Shown here: piece after piece, positions 44,708-53,867 of the stretch
Position numbering within the stretch: the stretch's first letter is position 1
How the letters are laid out: each line of letters opens with the position of its first letter
Origin: Vicinamibacterales bacterium
GTDB taxonomy: Bacteria > Acidobacteriota > Vicinamibacteria > Vicinamibacterales > UBA2999
DNA: 64,000 nucleotides
Assembly: GCA_035263125.1 (NCBI GenBank)
Contig: DATFRP010000197.1
Span: 17,229-81,228 of the forward strand
Reading direction: 5' to 3'
Translations under genes and position numbers: made by a program
Notes under the pieces: generated by a model
Told to the model about the DNA's origin: nothing
Seen by the model: the letters and a program-made list of their open reading frames with translations, nothing else
Databases searched by the model: none

Positions 44708-46009
44708 TCAGCGGTGCTTCCCTCCGCGCACATTCTTCTCAGTCCAATTGAGCAGGATGTCCGCGATCTCGAGATTCTTCTTGTCGAGCATCATCATGTG
44801 CGTCACACCGAGGATGCCCATGTCATCGAGCTTCAAGTACTCCGCCTTGGCTGTGCCCTGCTTCGACGCGCGTCGCGCGTTGATGGTGTTGACCGTCTCC
44901 TGGCAGACGGGGCTCGTCGCCGTGTAGTCGCCCTTCACCGCCAGGTACGGGATGTTGTCGAAGTCGGCCGCGGTGAGCCCGCTGTTCGGCAGCGAGCACG
45001 ACCCCTCGAGCGTGACCAGCCCTTTCAGCAAATCGAGGTGACCACGCTCCTTCAGGATGCGCGTCATGTGATGTCCCATGATTCCCGATTGTGAGTGGGT
45101 CACCACGATGGCGCCGCCCAGCCGCTCGACCAGCGTGGCCAGGTTCTGCGGCGTCCAGGTGTTTGCCGGCGACAGCGTCTTCGGATCGCACGACTCGCAG
45201 GTCGATCCGGGCAGCGTCGACTCCGCATTCGGTACCAGCTGCTTGTAGTACTCGAGGGCGAGGGTCTGATTCGACGTCGCGGGCGCTGGGCCGATCGCAC
45301 CGGCACGCGACACGAGCCGTTGATCGACCGCGTCGAGCGGGAAGAGGGGTGCGACGTGTTGATACGCGTCGGGCTTGGGGTTCGGGTCGCGAGCATCCGC
45401 GTGCGGCACCAACGTGCCGGTCAGCACCGTCGACCCATCGGGCACCAGGTGACCGAACCACGCCGTCCATGCGCCGTTGTCGGTGATGCGGGCGAAGCTC
45501 GGAAGGATCTCCGCCGCCCCTTTCACGTTGCCGCTCGCAAGCCGCGCTTCGCCTTCGTGGATCACCGATTCGTCGAAGCCCGAGCGCCCTCGCCCAGCTT
45601 GATCGACAACATAGCTGGGCACACCGTGCCGGACGAAGTACGGATACCAGCCTTCCCGACCATCCGGCGTCGCCTCGAGACACGCACCCGTGTGCGTCGA
45701 GCCGTGCACCATGATCACCGGCCAGCCCGCTCCGTACTTCTTGGCGGGAATCTGAAACTGCACGTACATCTGTCCGATCGTGATCTGCTGCGGCGTCGGT
45801 GGAGCCGCAGGTGCGGGCGCTGCGCCCGGGGCGGGCGGCGGTGCGACGGTGGCGTAGTCGGTAATCTTCTGGACGCCGCCAACGAAGAAGCTTCCCTGGT
45901 CCTCGATCACCAATGGTCCCCCCAGGAACTTCTTCGGAGCCTGAGCCTGTCCAGAGACACCGGTGAACATCACGGTCACCAGCATCGCGACCAGTCGCGT
46001 GCATCTCAT
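44708..46009 (-). CDS. secreted alpha/beta hydrolase
   Basis: This lies within ORF 44708..46135. ATG 46009 is preceded by AGGAGG and gives a signal peptide (LVAMLVTVMFTGVSGQAQA). It has a Pro/Ala linker and the nucleophile elbow VVTHSQSGIMG. Confidence 0.7.
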   Translation of the reverse strand: MRCTRLVAMLVTVMFTGVSGQAQAPKKFLGGPLVIEDQGSFFVGGVQKITDYATVAPPPAPGAAPAPAAPPTPQQITIGQMYVQFQIPAKKYGAGWPVIMVHGSTHTGACLEATPDGREGWYPYFVRHGVPSYVVDQAGRGRSGFDESVIHEGEARLASGNVKGAAEILPSFARITDNGAWTAWFGHLVPDGSTVLTGTLVPHADARDPNPKPDAYQHVAPLFPLDAVDQRLVSRAGAIGPAPATSNQTLALEYYKQLVPNAESTLPGSTCESCDPKTLSPANTWTPQNLATLVERLGGAIVVTHSQSGIMGHHMTRILKERGHLDLLKGLVTLEGSCSLPNSGLTAADFDNIPYLAVKGDYTATSPVCQETVNTINARRASKQGTAKAEYLKLDDMGILGVTHMMMLDKKNLEIADILLNWTEKNVRGGKHR

Positions 46010-46031
46010 CGCCGCCTCCTTCAGAAGCGCT

Positions 46032-46436
46032 TCAGTTGAAGGGCACTTCGCGTTTGTGCGTTTTGCCGGTGTTGTCAACCGCGACCACTCTGACCGATCG
46101 GATCCGAGTACCGCCGCGAACAAAACGCGCCCCACCGGCGCCGGAGAACAGGTCGTAGCGGATCTCGCGACTCGAGCCGGACTCGACGCGCGGAAGCGAC
46201 GTTCGGTACGGCGCCAGGACGCCGGCCGGCACGAGCTCGATGGTGCCGTCCACGAGCGCCGAGCCCGCCTTGTTGCCGATGGTCAAATACGTCTGTTCGA
46301 CCGTCACCGAGACGGGCGAATTCGGATCGTCATCGAGCGATCGACCGCAGCCTGCGACAAATCCTGCGGCCAGCAGAAGGGTCAGTGCAATACCTCGACC
46401 AGGGGACAGAGCTCGCGACAGCCGATTCATGGGCAA
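46032..46436 (-). CDS. hypothetical lipoprotein
   Basis: 134 aa with the lipobox LLLAAGFVAGC. Its stop is 22 nt upstream of the hydrolase start, so the two are probably co-transcribed. Confidence 0.6.
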   Translation of the reverse strand: MPMNRLSRALSPGRGIALTLLLAAGFVAGCGRSLDDDPNSPVSVTVEQTYLTIGNKAGSALVDGTIELVPAGVLAPYRTSLPRVESGSSREIRYDLFSGAGGARFVRGGTRIRSVRVVAVDNTGKTHKREVPFN

Positions 46437-46671
46437 CTCCTTCGTGAAACGAGTGGCCGAAGAGTGCCGATCGCTACCGGGATGAGGGGTCCGCCTTCGC
46501 CCTTCGGGCTACGGCGAGACAGGCTCGCCGCCGTCGTCTTAATGGCTTCGGCGAGGCAGGCACTTAATACTGCTGATCGCCTGCCGCGTCAACTCGTGAT
46601 GACGGGTATGCGGGCGAACTCACGGGCATGCCCGATGCATAACGCACGGCCCATCATCAAGGGGCTCTGAC

Positions 46672-47292
46672 ATGACGGCCCGCCCATCCCGCGTCGTCGG
46701 CCTGATTACCTGCGTCGCGTGCGTGATTGCCCCCGCCAATCTCCTTGCGCAAGGCGTGGAGGTCACGCCATTTGGTGGGTACCGGTTCGGCAACGACTTC
46801 TTCGAGCTCGTCACTGGCCGGCCGGTCGATGTCGATGGGGCTCCCGCCGTTGGCCTGATCGTGGACGTGCCGCTTCACGACGGCCTTCAGTTCGAGGCGC
46901 TGTTCACGCATCAGAACGCCGCCATCAGCGTGCCGAGCCTTCTTGGACCTCCCTCGCGCTGGCACGTCAGCGTCGACCACCTGCAGGCAGGCGGACTTCA
47001 GGAGTACGCGGACGGACGTGTGCGCCCGTTTGCAACCGGGATGCTCGGTCTGACTCGCTACGCAGGCGTAGGAGACAGCGAGGTCCGCTTCACGGTCGGT
47101 GCCGGCGGAGGAGTCAAACTGTTCCCCGCATCGAAGGTGGGCGTGCGTGTCGGCAGTCAGGTGTTTGCGACGTTTGTCTACGCCAACGCCAACGTACTGG
47201 CCTGCTCAACAGGCATCTGTTTTCTGCGTCTCAACGTCGACGTCGTCTGGCAGATCGAGTTCACCGCAGCCCTGATCCTGAGAGTGCCCTGA
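46672..47292 (+). CDS. outer-membrane beta-barrel protein (OmpW/porin-like small barrel)
   Basis: 206 aa with a signal peptide (CVACVIAPANLLAQG). It has alternating hydrophobic beta-strand patterns (VTPFGGYRFG, GLIVDVPL, QFEALFTHQ, RFTVGAGGGVKLF). Confidence 0.6.
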   Translation: MTARPSRVVGLITCVACVIAPANLLAQGVEVTPFGGYRFGNDFFELVTGRPVDVDGAPAVGLIVDVPLHDGLQFEALFTHQNAAISVPSLLGPPSRWHVSVDHLQAGGLQEYADGRVRPFATGMLGLTRYAGVGDSEVRFTVGAGGGVKLFPASKVGVRVGSQVFATFVYANANVLACSTGICFLRLNVDVVWQIEFTAALILRVP

Positions 47293-47318
47293 CAGCAGAA
47301 CCGGGCATCCACGACACC

Positions 47319-49151
47319 TCAGACCGCAGCGCCCGACGCGATCCCGGTTACAACCTCCAATGGAACGATGGCCGTCAACGTCGTGCCGGCGCCACGCGCA
47401 GAATGGATTTCGAACGACGCGCCGATCGAGTCGAGCCGTTCTCTCATGCTCATGAGGCCGAGTCCTTTGCCCACCGCGGCATCGACATCGAATCCGACGC
47501 CGTTGTCGACGATGCTGAGCGTGAGCGCACCCGGGCCACCGTTCAAATGGACCGACACAAAGCGCGCGCCACTGTGCTTGAGAGCGTTCTGCAACCCTTC
47601 CTGAACGAGTCGGAAGAGACACAACTTCAGATCGGCAGTAAGCGTCGCCGGCACCTTGTCGTGCGTAAAGGAGATCTCTACCCCCTGTCGTGACATCTCG
47701 CGCCGCAGGGCATCCAGGGCGTCGACCAGGCGTAGAACCCGCAGGTTGGCCGGATGCAGACGATGAGACAACTCATGGAGGCTCATGGCGATCTGTCCGG
47801 CGCGTTTGAGCGCTTCATTGGCGATCTTCTTTGCCTCGAGGGCATCGGACCGGCTCAGCATCGCCAGGTCCATCGTCAGCACCGCAATCTGCTGACTGAT
47901 GTCGTCGTGCAATTCAAGGGCGATGCGGGACCGTTCGCCTTCTTGCGCATGCAACAGCCGCGATCCCAGGTCGCGGATCTGCTCATAGCTGTGGAGCAAC
48001 TCCGACTGCTTCCCGCGAAGTTGCGCTTCGGCCTGATGTCGCCGCCTGCGTTGGACCAGAAGCGCCGCGATCAGCGCCGTCTGCGCGAACAGGATGGCAA
48101 CCGCACCGACAATATAGGCTCGATACCGCTGCCAGATTGACGGCTCCTTGAACCTGACGAGCGTTCCCGCCGGAATGTACGCCTCGGACATACCCCATCT
48201 TTGAAGCGCCCGCCAGTCGACTTGCCTGACGTTCAAATCGGTCGTCTGGATCGGAATGCTGTCGGCTCGCTCACCACGAAGTACCCTCAGCGCTGACGCC
48301 GCAACTGCGCGCATCTCTGCCATCTGATCCTTCAGGCTGCCGCCGACAATGCCGTGATCCATGGCTGAATCCAGCCAGCTATAGACAGGTGCCTGCGCCA
48401 TCGCCGCAACTTTCTCCAAGTACTCCAAGGGATGGAACGTTTCGTTCGCGCCATCACGACTGACGATCAGAAAGTAAACGATGGAATGCTTCGGCAAGGA
48501 TCCGAGACGCCCTTCGAGTTCGGCCGTCGTGAGACCTGACAAATAAGTGATCGCGAACCGAGGCTCGAATGACCGGAGTTGTTCCCGAGCGGCCCGTTCG
48601 TACCACTTGTCGGTCTCGTCCGCTCCCGTGACGACGAACACCTTTCGGACATCGGGCTGCAGATCGCTGACGAAGGCAAGCGTGCCCTTGAGATTCAATT
48701 CGGCGACAATGCCCGTCGAGTTGAGGGGCCGATGAGGCGAACGCCGGCTCGAGAAAAAGACGACAGGGACATCCGGGAACAATATGCCCCGATTGTTGTC
48801 GATGAACTCGAGTGGAATGTCTCCGATTGCGATGATGAGATCGAACGATTTTTCCTGATACTTCAAGCGGAGAAAGTCGCGGAAGCCAGTCTGATACTCA
48901 GGGTTCGAAAACCGCCCCTGATCGATGAATTCCGAATAGTAGTCCACTCCCTCCGGGACGCCGTTTTCGATCACCTTCGGTATCTCGCGGTCACCGACAA
49001 TCACGATCTGCGCATCTCGCCTCGTGGAGTACAGGACGAGTACCTGCTTCTGTCGTTGTGCCCACGCGGAAGTCGCCACGCAGAGTTCCAGAAGAGCGAC
49101 CATCGTCAACAGACATCGTGCGTGACGCGGCCGCGTCTTCAGAACTCGCAT
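47319..49151 (-). CDS. sensor histidine kinase (HisKA_3 type) with periplasmic binding-protein-like sensor domain
   Basis: 610 aa with a signal/TM segment, an extracytoplasmic domain of about 300 aa, and a second TM helix (IVGAVAILFAQTALIAALLV). The H-box is ELHDDISQQIAVL. The ATPase boxes are DNGVGFD and GLGLMSMRERL. There is no response regulator gene nearby. Confidence 0.85.
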   Translation of the reverse strand: MRVLKTRPRHARCLLTMVALLELCVATSAWAQRQKQVLVLYSTRRDAQIVIVGDREIPKVIENGVPEGVDYYSEFIDQGRFSNPEYQTGFRDFLRLKYQEKSFDLIIAIGDIPLEFIDNNRGILFPDVPVVFFSSRRSPHRPLNSTGIVAELNLKGTLAFVSDLQPDVRKVFVVTGADETDKWYERAAREQLRSFEPRFAITYLSGLTTAELEGRLGSLPKHSIVYFLIVSRDGANETFHPLEYLEKVAAMAQAPVYSWLDSAMDHGIVGGSLKDQMAEMRAVAASALRVLRGERADSIPIQTTDLNVRQVDWRALQRWGMSEAYIPAGTLVRFKEPSIWQRYRAYIVGAVAILFAQTALIAALLVQRRRRHQAEAQLRGKQSELLHSYEQIRDLGSRLLHAQEGERSRIALELHDDISQQIAVLTMDLAMLSRSDALEAKKIANEALKRAGQIAMSLHELSHRLHPANLRVLRLVDALDALRREMSRQGVEISFTHDKVPATLTADLKLCLFRLVQEGLQNALKHSGARFVSVHLNGGPGALTLSIVDNGVGFDVDAAVGKGLGLMSMRERLDSIGASFEIHSARGAGTTLTAIVPLEVVTGIASGAAV

Positions 49152-49154
49152 GGA

Positions 49155-52100
49155 TCAGAATTCGAGTTCCGCGGCGATTTTGAGAAACCGTGGAGTCAGG
49201 ATCGTCTGTGGCTGCAGCCAGGGCCCTCCCGGAACGAAGGTGTTGTCGTACGTCAACACCGCACTCGAGTTCAGTGCGTTATACATGTCCAGTGAGACCA
49301 GCGTGCGCGAGCGGCGATAGCGCAGTGTCTTTGCGATTCGAAAGTCGAGTTGATTGATGCGGTCGCCGTACAGCGTCCCCGGTCGCACAAGATTAATCGT
49401 CACGTTGGGGGCGTTGCCAGACAGATTTCTTCCCAGCGATGCCGCCACGATCGAGTTCGGCGCCGCATAGTTCGCGGCCAGCATCGGACCGGGCTTGTTT
49501 TGAAATGTCGCCGACAGCTGGATGTTCAGTGCCGGCACCACGTACGACGATAACCCTCTGAGCTGCGTGAGAAGCCCGAAGCCGACGTGGCAGTACGGAC
49601 TCGAGGGGGTCACCGCCGACCCGGCCAGGCCCGGACCGAACGCGCTCGTTCCCGTGATGGTGGTGGCCAGCTCCGGCAGATGTGCGCGCACGTCGCAGCT
49701 GTCGGCAATGGTCTGACCGGTGCTCGTGCCACCGACGAGGGCGAAATCGCGGCCGATTCGAAGGTTCGCCGTGACGTCCAGGCCGTTGAAGTACTGCGAC
49801 CACGACCCGTAGTTGCCGGAGTCGGCAATGAGATTGTTGACCTGTCCGGACTTGTCCGGAACGACGTCATAGAGGCCCGAGACGACGTAGCCGCCTCCAC
49901 CTGGTAATCGCGGGTCCGAGGGAGCGGTGACGCTGAACGCGTTGAAGTCGGACGGCTGGAGCGACAGATTGTCGGCCACGAAGAATCCGCGATACCAGCG
50001 GCGCGTGTAGGTCACGTCCACCGACGATCGGGCTCCGACCTGATGTTGAAGTGAAACGGTAAGCGTCCAATCAGACGGACGGACGCCCCACCCTGAGAGC
50101 ACATCGGGAGCGAAGTTGTTGGTCAGGACATTACGGCCGAAGCTCGTGTTCGACTGCACGCCGCACGCATCACCACCGCTGGCCCGGAGATCCTGAGCCG
50201 CGGGATTGAGCAGATCGCAATCCGCGATGAAATTCTGATTGGCGTCGGTCCACGACCGCGTCACGCCGGCGGTACCGAACACCATGGTCGTCTGTGGCAG
50301 ACGCAGCGTCGGATTACTGTTGGCGTAGGTACTCATCGTTCCCGCGCCTTCCAGGTACTTCCCGACGCTCATCTTGATCGCCGTCTTTCCGGTTCCGAAG
50401 ACGTTGTAGGCGAGGCCCGCTCGGAGCGTCAGATCCTTGTAGCTGTCGACGCCACGGGTCTCCGGGATGACGATCGGCGTCGTCAGGAATCTCGACGGTC
50501 CTTCCTGCTGTTCGGGGAACCAGCTCACCGCGCGGTCGAACCGCAGCGCGCCGTGCAGCGTGACGCGATCGTGCGTCCACCGCTCCTGGAGGAACAGACC
50601 GTCCCAGCCTGCACGTGCGTCGTTCACCCACGGCGAGATCGACTGGGTCAACTGATTCGGCACGCCATTGTCGACGCGGTAGGTCAAGTTCTGATCGTTG
50701 GTGAACCATGTCCGATCGTCGGTCATCAGCGTGTGCTGATACCCGAATTTCAGACTGTGCGCGCCGGCAACGTGTGAGACCGACCCCTTCCAGAGATACG
50801 AGCCGGTGTCGGCAATGCTGAAGTCCTGCGATCGATACGCCAATCCAGGAATGTTGCCGTTCGCGGCGCAGCCACTCGCACATTGTTCGACAACGCGAAT
50901 CAGCTCGCGGGTGGGGTTCGGCGTGCGTTCGAAGTTGCCGACGCCAAAGAAGGTACCGCCGTATCCCGCTTCGAGAAGCCACCGATCCGTGAGCGGCGAC
51001 GACCACGTCGCCTGCGTCACATGGAGCGGCCGTCCGAGGACGCCAACCGCCTCAGGGGACACGCGTGGAGGTTCAGACAGGCCTGGAGTCGCCCCCGTGC
51101 ACGTCCGGCATAACGCCTGCGCGTCCCAGAAGCCGGTGACTTTATTGCGAGCGGTGGTCTGCCAGGTCACGCGTCCACTGGCGTTTTCGAACGTGCGATC
51201 GGAGTATTCGCGGCGACTGGGATCCGGCGCATACAGCCACGTCGACGGATCGCCGGCGTTCAGGTTGTAGTAAACGTTCGCGCTCTCTTTGGTGCTACCG
51301 CTGACATGTCCGTTGACGAAGTACCACGCACGATCCTTTTTGATCGGACCGCCGATTGTGCCTGACAAATCGTAGACCTTCGTGAGTGGGGTCGCGGCGC
51401 TGACCCCCTGTCTCATCAAAGACGGTGTCAGGTTGTCGCCCTGCAGCTTCGTACTCGTGCCGCCGACGAACACCGATCCGTTGAGCGTGTTGCCGCCGCT
51501 CTTCGGTACGATATTCATGACCAGCCCGCCGGTTTCGATCTCGCCAAGCGCACCTGGTGTGGTGAACGTGACCTCCTGGGCAGTGCCGACATCGACGACG
51601 TAGCTGGCCGCAGAATTGCCCGCAGGCGGACTGCCGATCGTCAAGCCATCGAGCGACAGCCGTCCTTCATTCGAGCGCCCTCCGTGGATCGGGAAGGAAG
51701 TCGTCGCCGTACTCGTGACGGTGTCGTTGACGGTCGTGACCACGCCGGGGATGAGCGGGAGCAACGCGTTGTAGCTGCGAACCGTCGGAATCGACCTCAC
51801 GAGGGCTCCGCTCAGCGTGACCTCGCGTTGCGTGCCGTTGACGTCGAGAATTGGGAAATCGCGGGTGACGATAATCGTCTCAGTGAGCCCGCCGACGCTC
51901 AGTTCCGCATCGACGGTTGCGGTAAGCGCCCCGGTGAGTTCAACGCTGTCTTGTTGGTGTGGCGTCCACCCTTCGCGCGTGAACTTCACCTGATATGTAC
52001 CTGGACGCAACCCTTCGATACGGTACCGTCCGGCATCATCAGTCAGGGTCGTACGGACTTTTTCGATGAGTGCGTCGCTGCTGGCTTCAACAACGACGCC

Positions 52101-52208
52101 GGAGATCGGCGCGCCTGAAGGATCCTTCACCGTGCCGGACAGGGCTGCTTGAGCGAAAGCACTCGTGGGAACGCCTACGAGGCAGGCCAGCATCAAGAGC
52201 GTCTTCAT
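49155..52208 (-). CDS. TonB-dependent-receptor-like outer-membrane protein with carboxypeptidase-regulatory-like N-domain
   Basis: 1017 aa with a signal peptide. The N-domain is SGTVKDPSGAPISGVVVEA...DAGRYRIEGLRPGTYQV. A long strand-rich barrel follows, and the protein ends in an aromatic residue (AAELEF). Confidence 0.8.
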   Translation of the reverse strand: MKTLLMLACLVGVPTSAFAQAALSGTVKDPSGAPISGVVVEASSDALIEKVRTTLTDDAGRYRIEGLRPGTYQVKFTREGWTPHQQDSVELTGALTATVDAELSVGGLTETIIVTRDFPILDVNGTQREVTLSGALVRSIPTVRSYNALLPLIPGVVTTVNDTVTSTATTSFPIHGGRSNEGRLSLDGLTIGSPPAGNSAASYVVDVGTAQEVTFTTPGALGEIETGGLVMNIVPKSGGNTLNGSVFVGGTSTKLQGDNLTPSLMRQGVSAATPLTKVYDLSGTIGGPIKKDRAWYFVNGHVSGSTKESANVYYNLNAGDPSTWLYAPDPSRREYSDRTFENASGRVTWQTTARNKVTGFWDAQALCRTCTGATPGLSEPPRVSPEAVGVLGRPLHVTQATWSSPLTDRWLLEAGYGGTFFGVGNFERTPNPTRELIRVVEQCASGCAANGNIPGLAYRSQDFSIADTGSYLWKGSVSHVAGAHSLKFGYQHTLMTDDRTWFTNDQNLTYRVDNGVPNQLTQSISPWVNDARAGWDGLFLQERWTHDRVTLHGALRFDRAVSWFPEQQEGPSRFLTTPIVIPETRGVDSYKDLTLRAGLAYNVFGTGKTAIKMSVGKYLEGAGTMSTYANSNPTLRLPQTTMVFGTAGVTRSWTDANQNFIADCDLLNPAAQDLRASGGDACGVQSNTSFGRNVLTNNFAPDVLSGWGVRPSDWTLTVSLQHQVGARSSVDVTYTRRWYRGFFVADNLSLQPSDFNAFSVTAPSDPRLPGGGGYVVSGLYDVVPDKSGQVNNLIADSGNYGSWSQYFNGLDVTANLRIGRDFALVGGTSTGQTIADSCDVRAHLPELATTITGTSAFGPGLAGSAVTPSSPYCHVGFGLLTQLRGLSSYVVPALNIQLSATFQNKPGPMLAANYAAPNSIVAASLGRNLSGNAPNVTINLVRPGTLYGDRINQLDFRIAKTLRYRRSRTLVSLDMYNALNSSAVLTYDNTFVPGGPWLQPQTILTPRFLKIAAELEF

Positions 52209-52564
52209 CGTCGTCGATGGAGCCGAGCATCGTACGACGCGTCGCCGGACCGCGATCCTCGATGTCGGGGGCGAAATGATCTCAGATCAGGTGACGGTCG
52301 TAAAGCGTGTAACTCGGTCACGACATGTCGTGGGTGGACAAACGCGAAGGGCTGTTGACTGGACGCTGTCCGCCATTCGGTTAGAGAATCGTCCGCTCCA
52401 GGCAAGTCGATCGTGATCCTAGCCAGTTGTCGCCGGCACTTTGACAGCAACCAGCTGTTCGACGATCTCCAGTACCGGAACTATCCCAATCTCTCGGACG
52501 TGAGCTCGTTCACGGACATGTCGGAGGGTGAGGTCGCAGACGCAGTCAAGGAACGCATGTCGTC

Positions 52565-52933
52565 GTGCTCGTGCACGGCTACCGCAATCCGCTCAAACAC
52601 GTCGCGGCCGCGTACAAGAAACTCGAGCCCAAGAAGGAATTCAACGCGTCGCTCGCCTCGTGCCGACGATGCTTCGTCTACCATTCGTCGAGGGATCCGG
52701 TGCTGAAGGTTGCATACCGAATCGGCACGCTCGACAAGGCCCTCGGATACAAGGGGCCTCAGGATCCCAAGATCATCGCGGCACGGTGCCCGGACGTGTT
52801 CGTCGTCGACTGCTCGGCGGTCGTCGCATCGCACGGCGGCTACCGCAATTCCTCCGAAGTGTACGACCACTGGAGCGACGTGCTCGCGGAGACGCCGCTG
52901 CCGCGGTTTGACGTGTTGAAGAAACAGAGATGA
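52565..52933 (+). CDS. hypothetical protein, possibly the 3' part of a frameshifted gene starting near 52413
   Basis: 122-aa ORF with a GTG start (VLVHGYRNPLKHVAAAYKK...). Its stop overlaps the next start (ATGA). The upstream ORF 52413..52706 is protein-like only up to about 52555 (DSNQLFDDLQYRNYPNLSDVSSFTDMSEGEVADAVKER) and then turns Arg/Ser-rich, just where this frame becomes protein-like. Confidence 0.4.
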   Translation: MLVHGYRNPLKHVAAAYKKLEPKKEFNASLASCRRCFVYHSSRDPVLKVAYRIGTLDKALGYKGPQDPKIIAARCPDVFVVDCSAVVASHGGYRNSSEVYDHWSDVLAETPLPRFDVLKKQR

Positions 52934-53298
52934 AGGCATTCGACAACGAGTGGATTCTCGAGGCGTTCGCCGGGCGGCCAACCTTCTTCACGAAGAGGAT
53001 GTTTGGAGGGCTGGCCGCGTATCTGCACGAGCGTCAGATGCTGGTGCTCGCGGAGCCGTCGAAGACCGGCCGGTGGAAGTGGCACGGCGTGCTGGTCTGC
53101 ACCGGCCATGAGCATCACGCCTCGATTCGCGCCGACTTCCCCGCCCTGATGCCGCATCGCGTCCTGCGGAAGTGGCTCTACATCGACTCGTCGCACGACG
53201 ACTTCGAGTCCACCATGGAGTCGGTCGCGAAATGCATCGCCCGGAACGATCAGCGTTTCGGGATCGTGCCCCAGGGACGAGGCCGGAAGACGCAGTAA
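52930..53298 (+). CDS. TfoX N-terminal-domain-like protein
   Basis: 122 aa. KRMFGGLAAYLHERQMLVL resembles the MFGG core of the TfoX/Sxy N-terminal domain. Confidence 0.5.
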   Translation: MKAFDNEWILEAFAGRPTFFTKRMFGGLAAYLHERQMLVLAEPSKTGRWKWHGVLVCTGHEHHASIRADFPALMPHRVLRKWLYIDSSHDDFESTMESVAKCIARNDQRFGIVPQGRGRKTQ

Positions 53299-53449
53299 GC
53301 GAGATCGGGCCATGGGCAGTAAGTGAGAGAAGGCAATAATTTGAGCCGGGGGGCCTGCGGTGTTACCCTCTGTCAGCAGTAAATTCCTTTTTTCTGAGTC
53401 GTTTCGTGACGGCACCTCGTGCCGGCACCCCTTTCACGGAGGCGAGGCA

Positions 53450-53854
53450 ATGATTCGGCGAATTCTGGGATGTGTCGTCGTAGGCGCGTGGCTGGTGGCA
53501 GGTGCCTCGTTGCAGGCTCATCATTCCCTCGCAGGCGTCTACGACATGAAGGCGGAAAAGGAGCTGAAGGGCGCCGTCGAAAGCATCAAATTCTCCAATC
53601 CGCACGGGTCGTTGACGATCAAGGTCAAGGGCGCTGATGGCTCGGACACCTCGTGGGTCTTCACGCTCGGCTCCGCAACCGGTCTCGCTCAGCGCGGCGT
53701 CGGCCCGACCGGACCGAATGCGCTCCGTGCCGGAGACGAAATCAGCGTGAAGTTCATCCCCGCGAGGAACGGCAGTCCGCTGGGCTTTCTCAAGTCGGTG
53801 ACATATCCGGACGGACATACGATCCAGATCTCGGCCGGCAACGCCAACGACTAG
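53450..53854 (+). CDS. small secreted protein whose mature N-terminus starts His-His
   Basis: This lies within ORF 53360..53854. ATG 53450 is preceded by GGAGGCGAGG. Signal peptide: MIRRILGCVVVGAWLVAGASLQA, followed by HHSLAGVYD. It reminds me of the DUF6152 family, but this is unverified. Confidence 0.6.
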   Translation: MIRRILGCVVVGAWLVAGASLQAHHSLAGVYDMKAEKELKGAVESIKFSNPHGSLTIKVKGADGSDTSWVFTLGSATGLAQRGVGPTGPNALRAGDEISVKFIPARNGSPLGFLKSVTYPDGHTIQISAGNAND

Positions 53855-53867
53855 GCAGCAGAGCACT

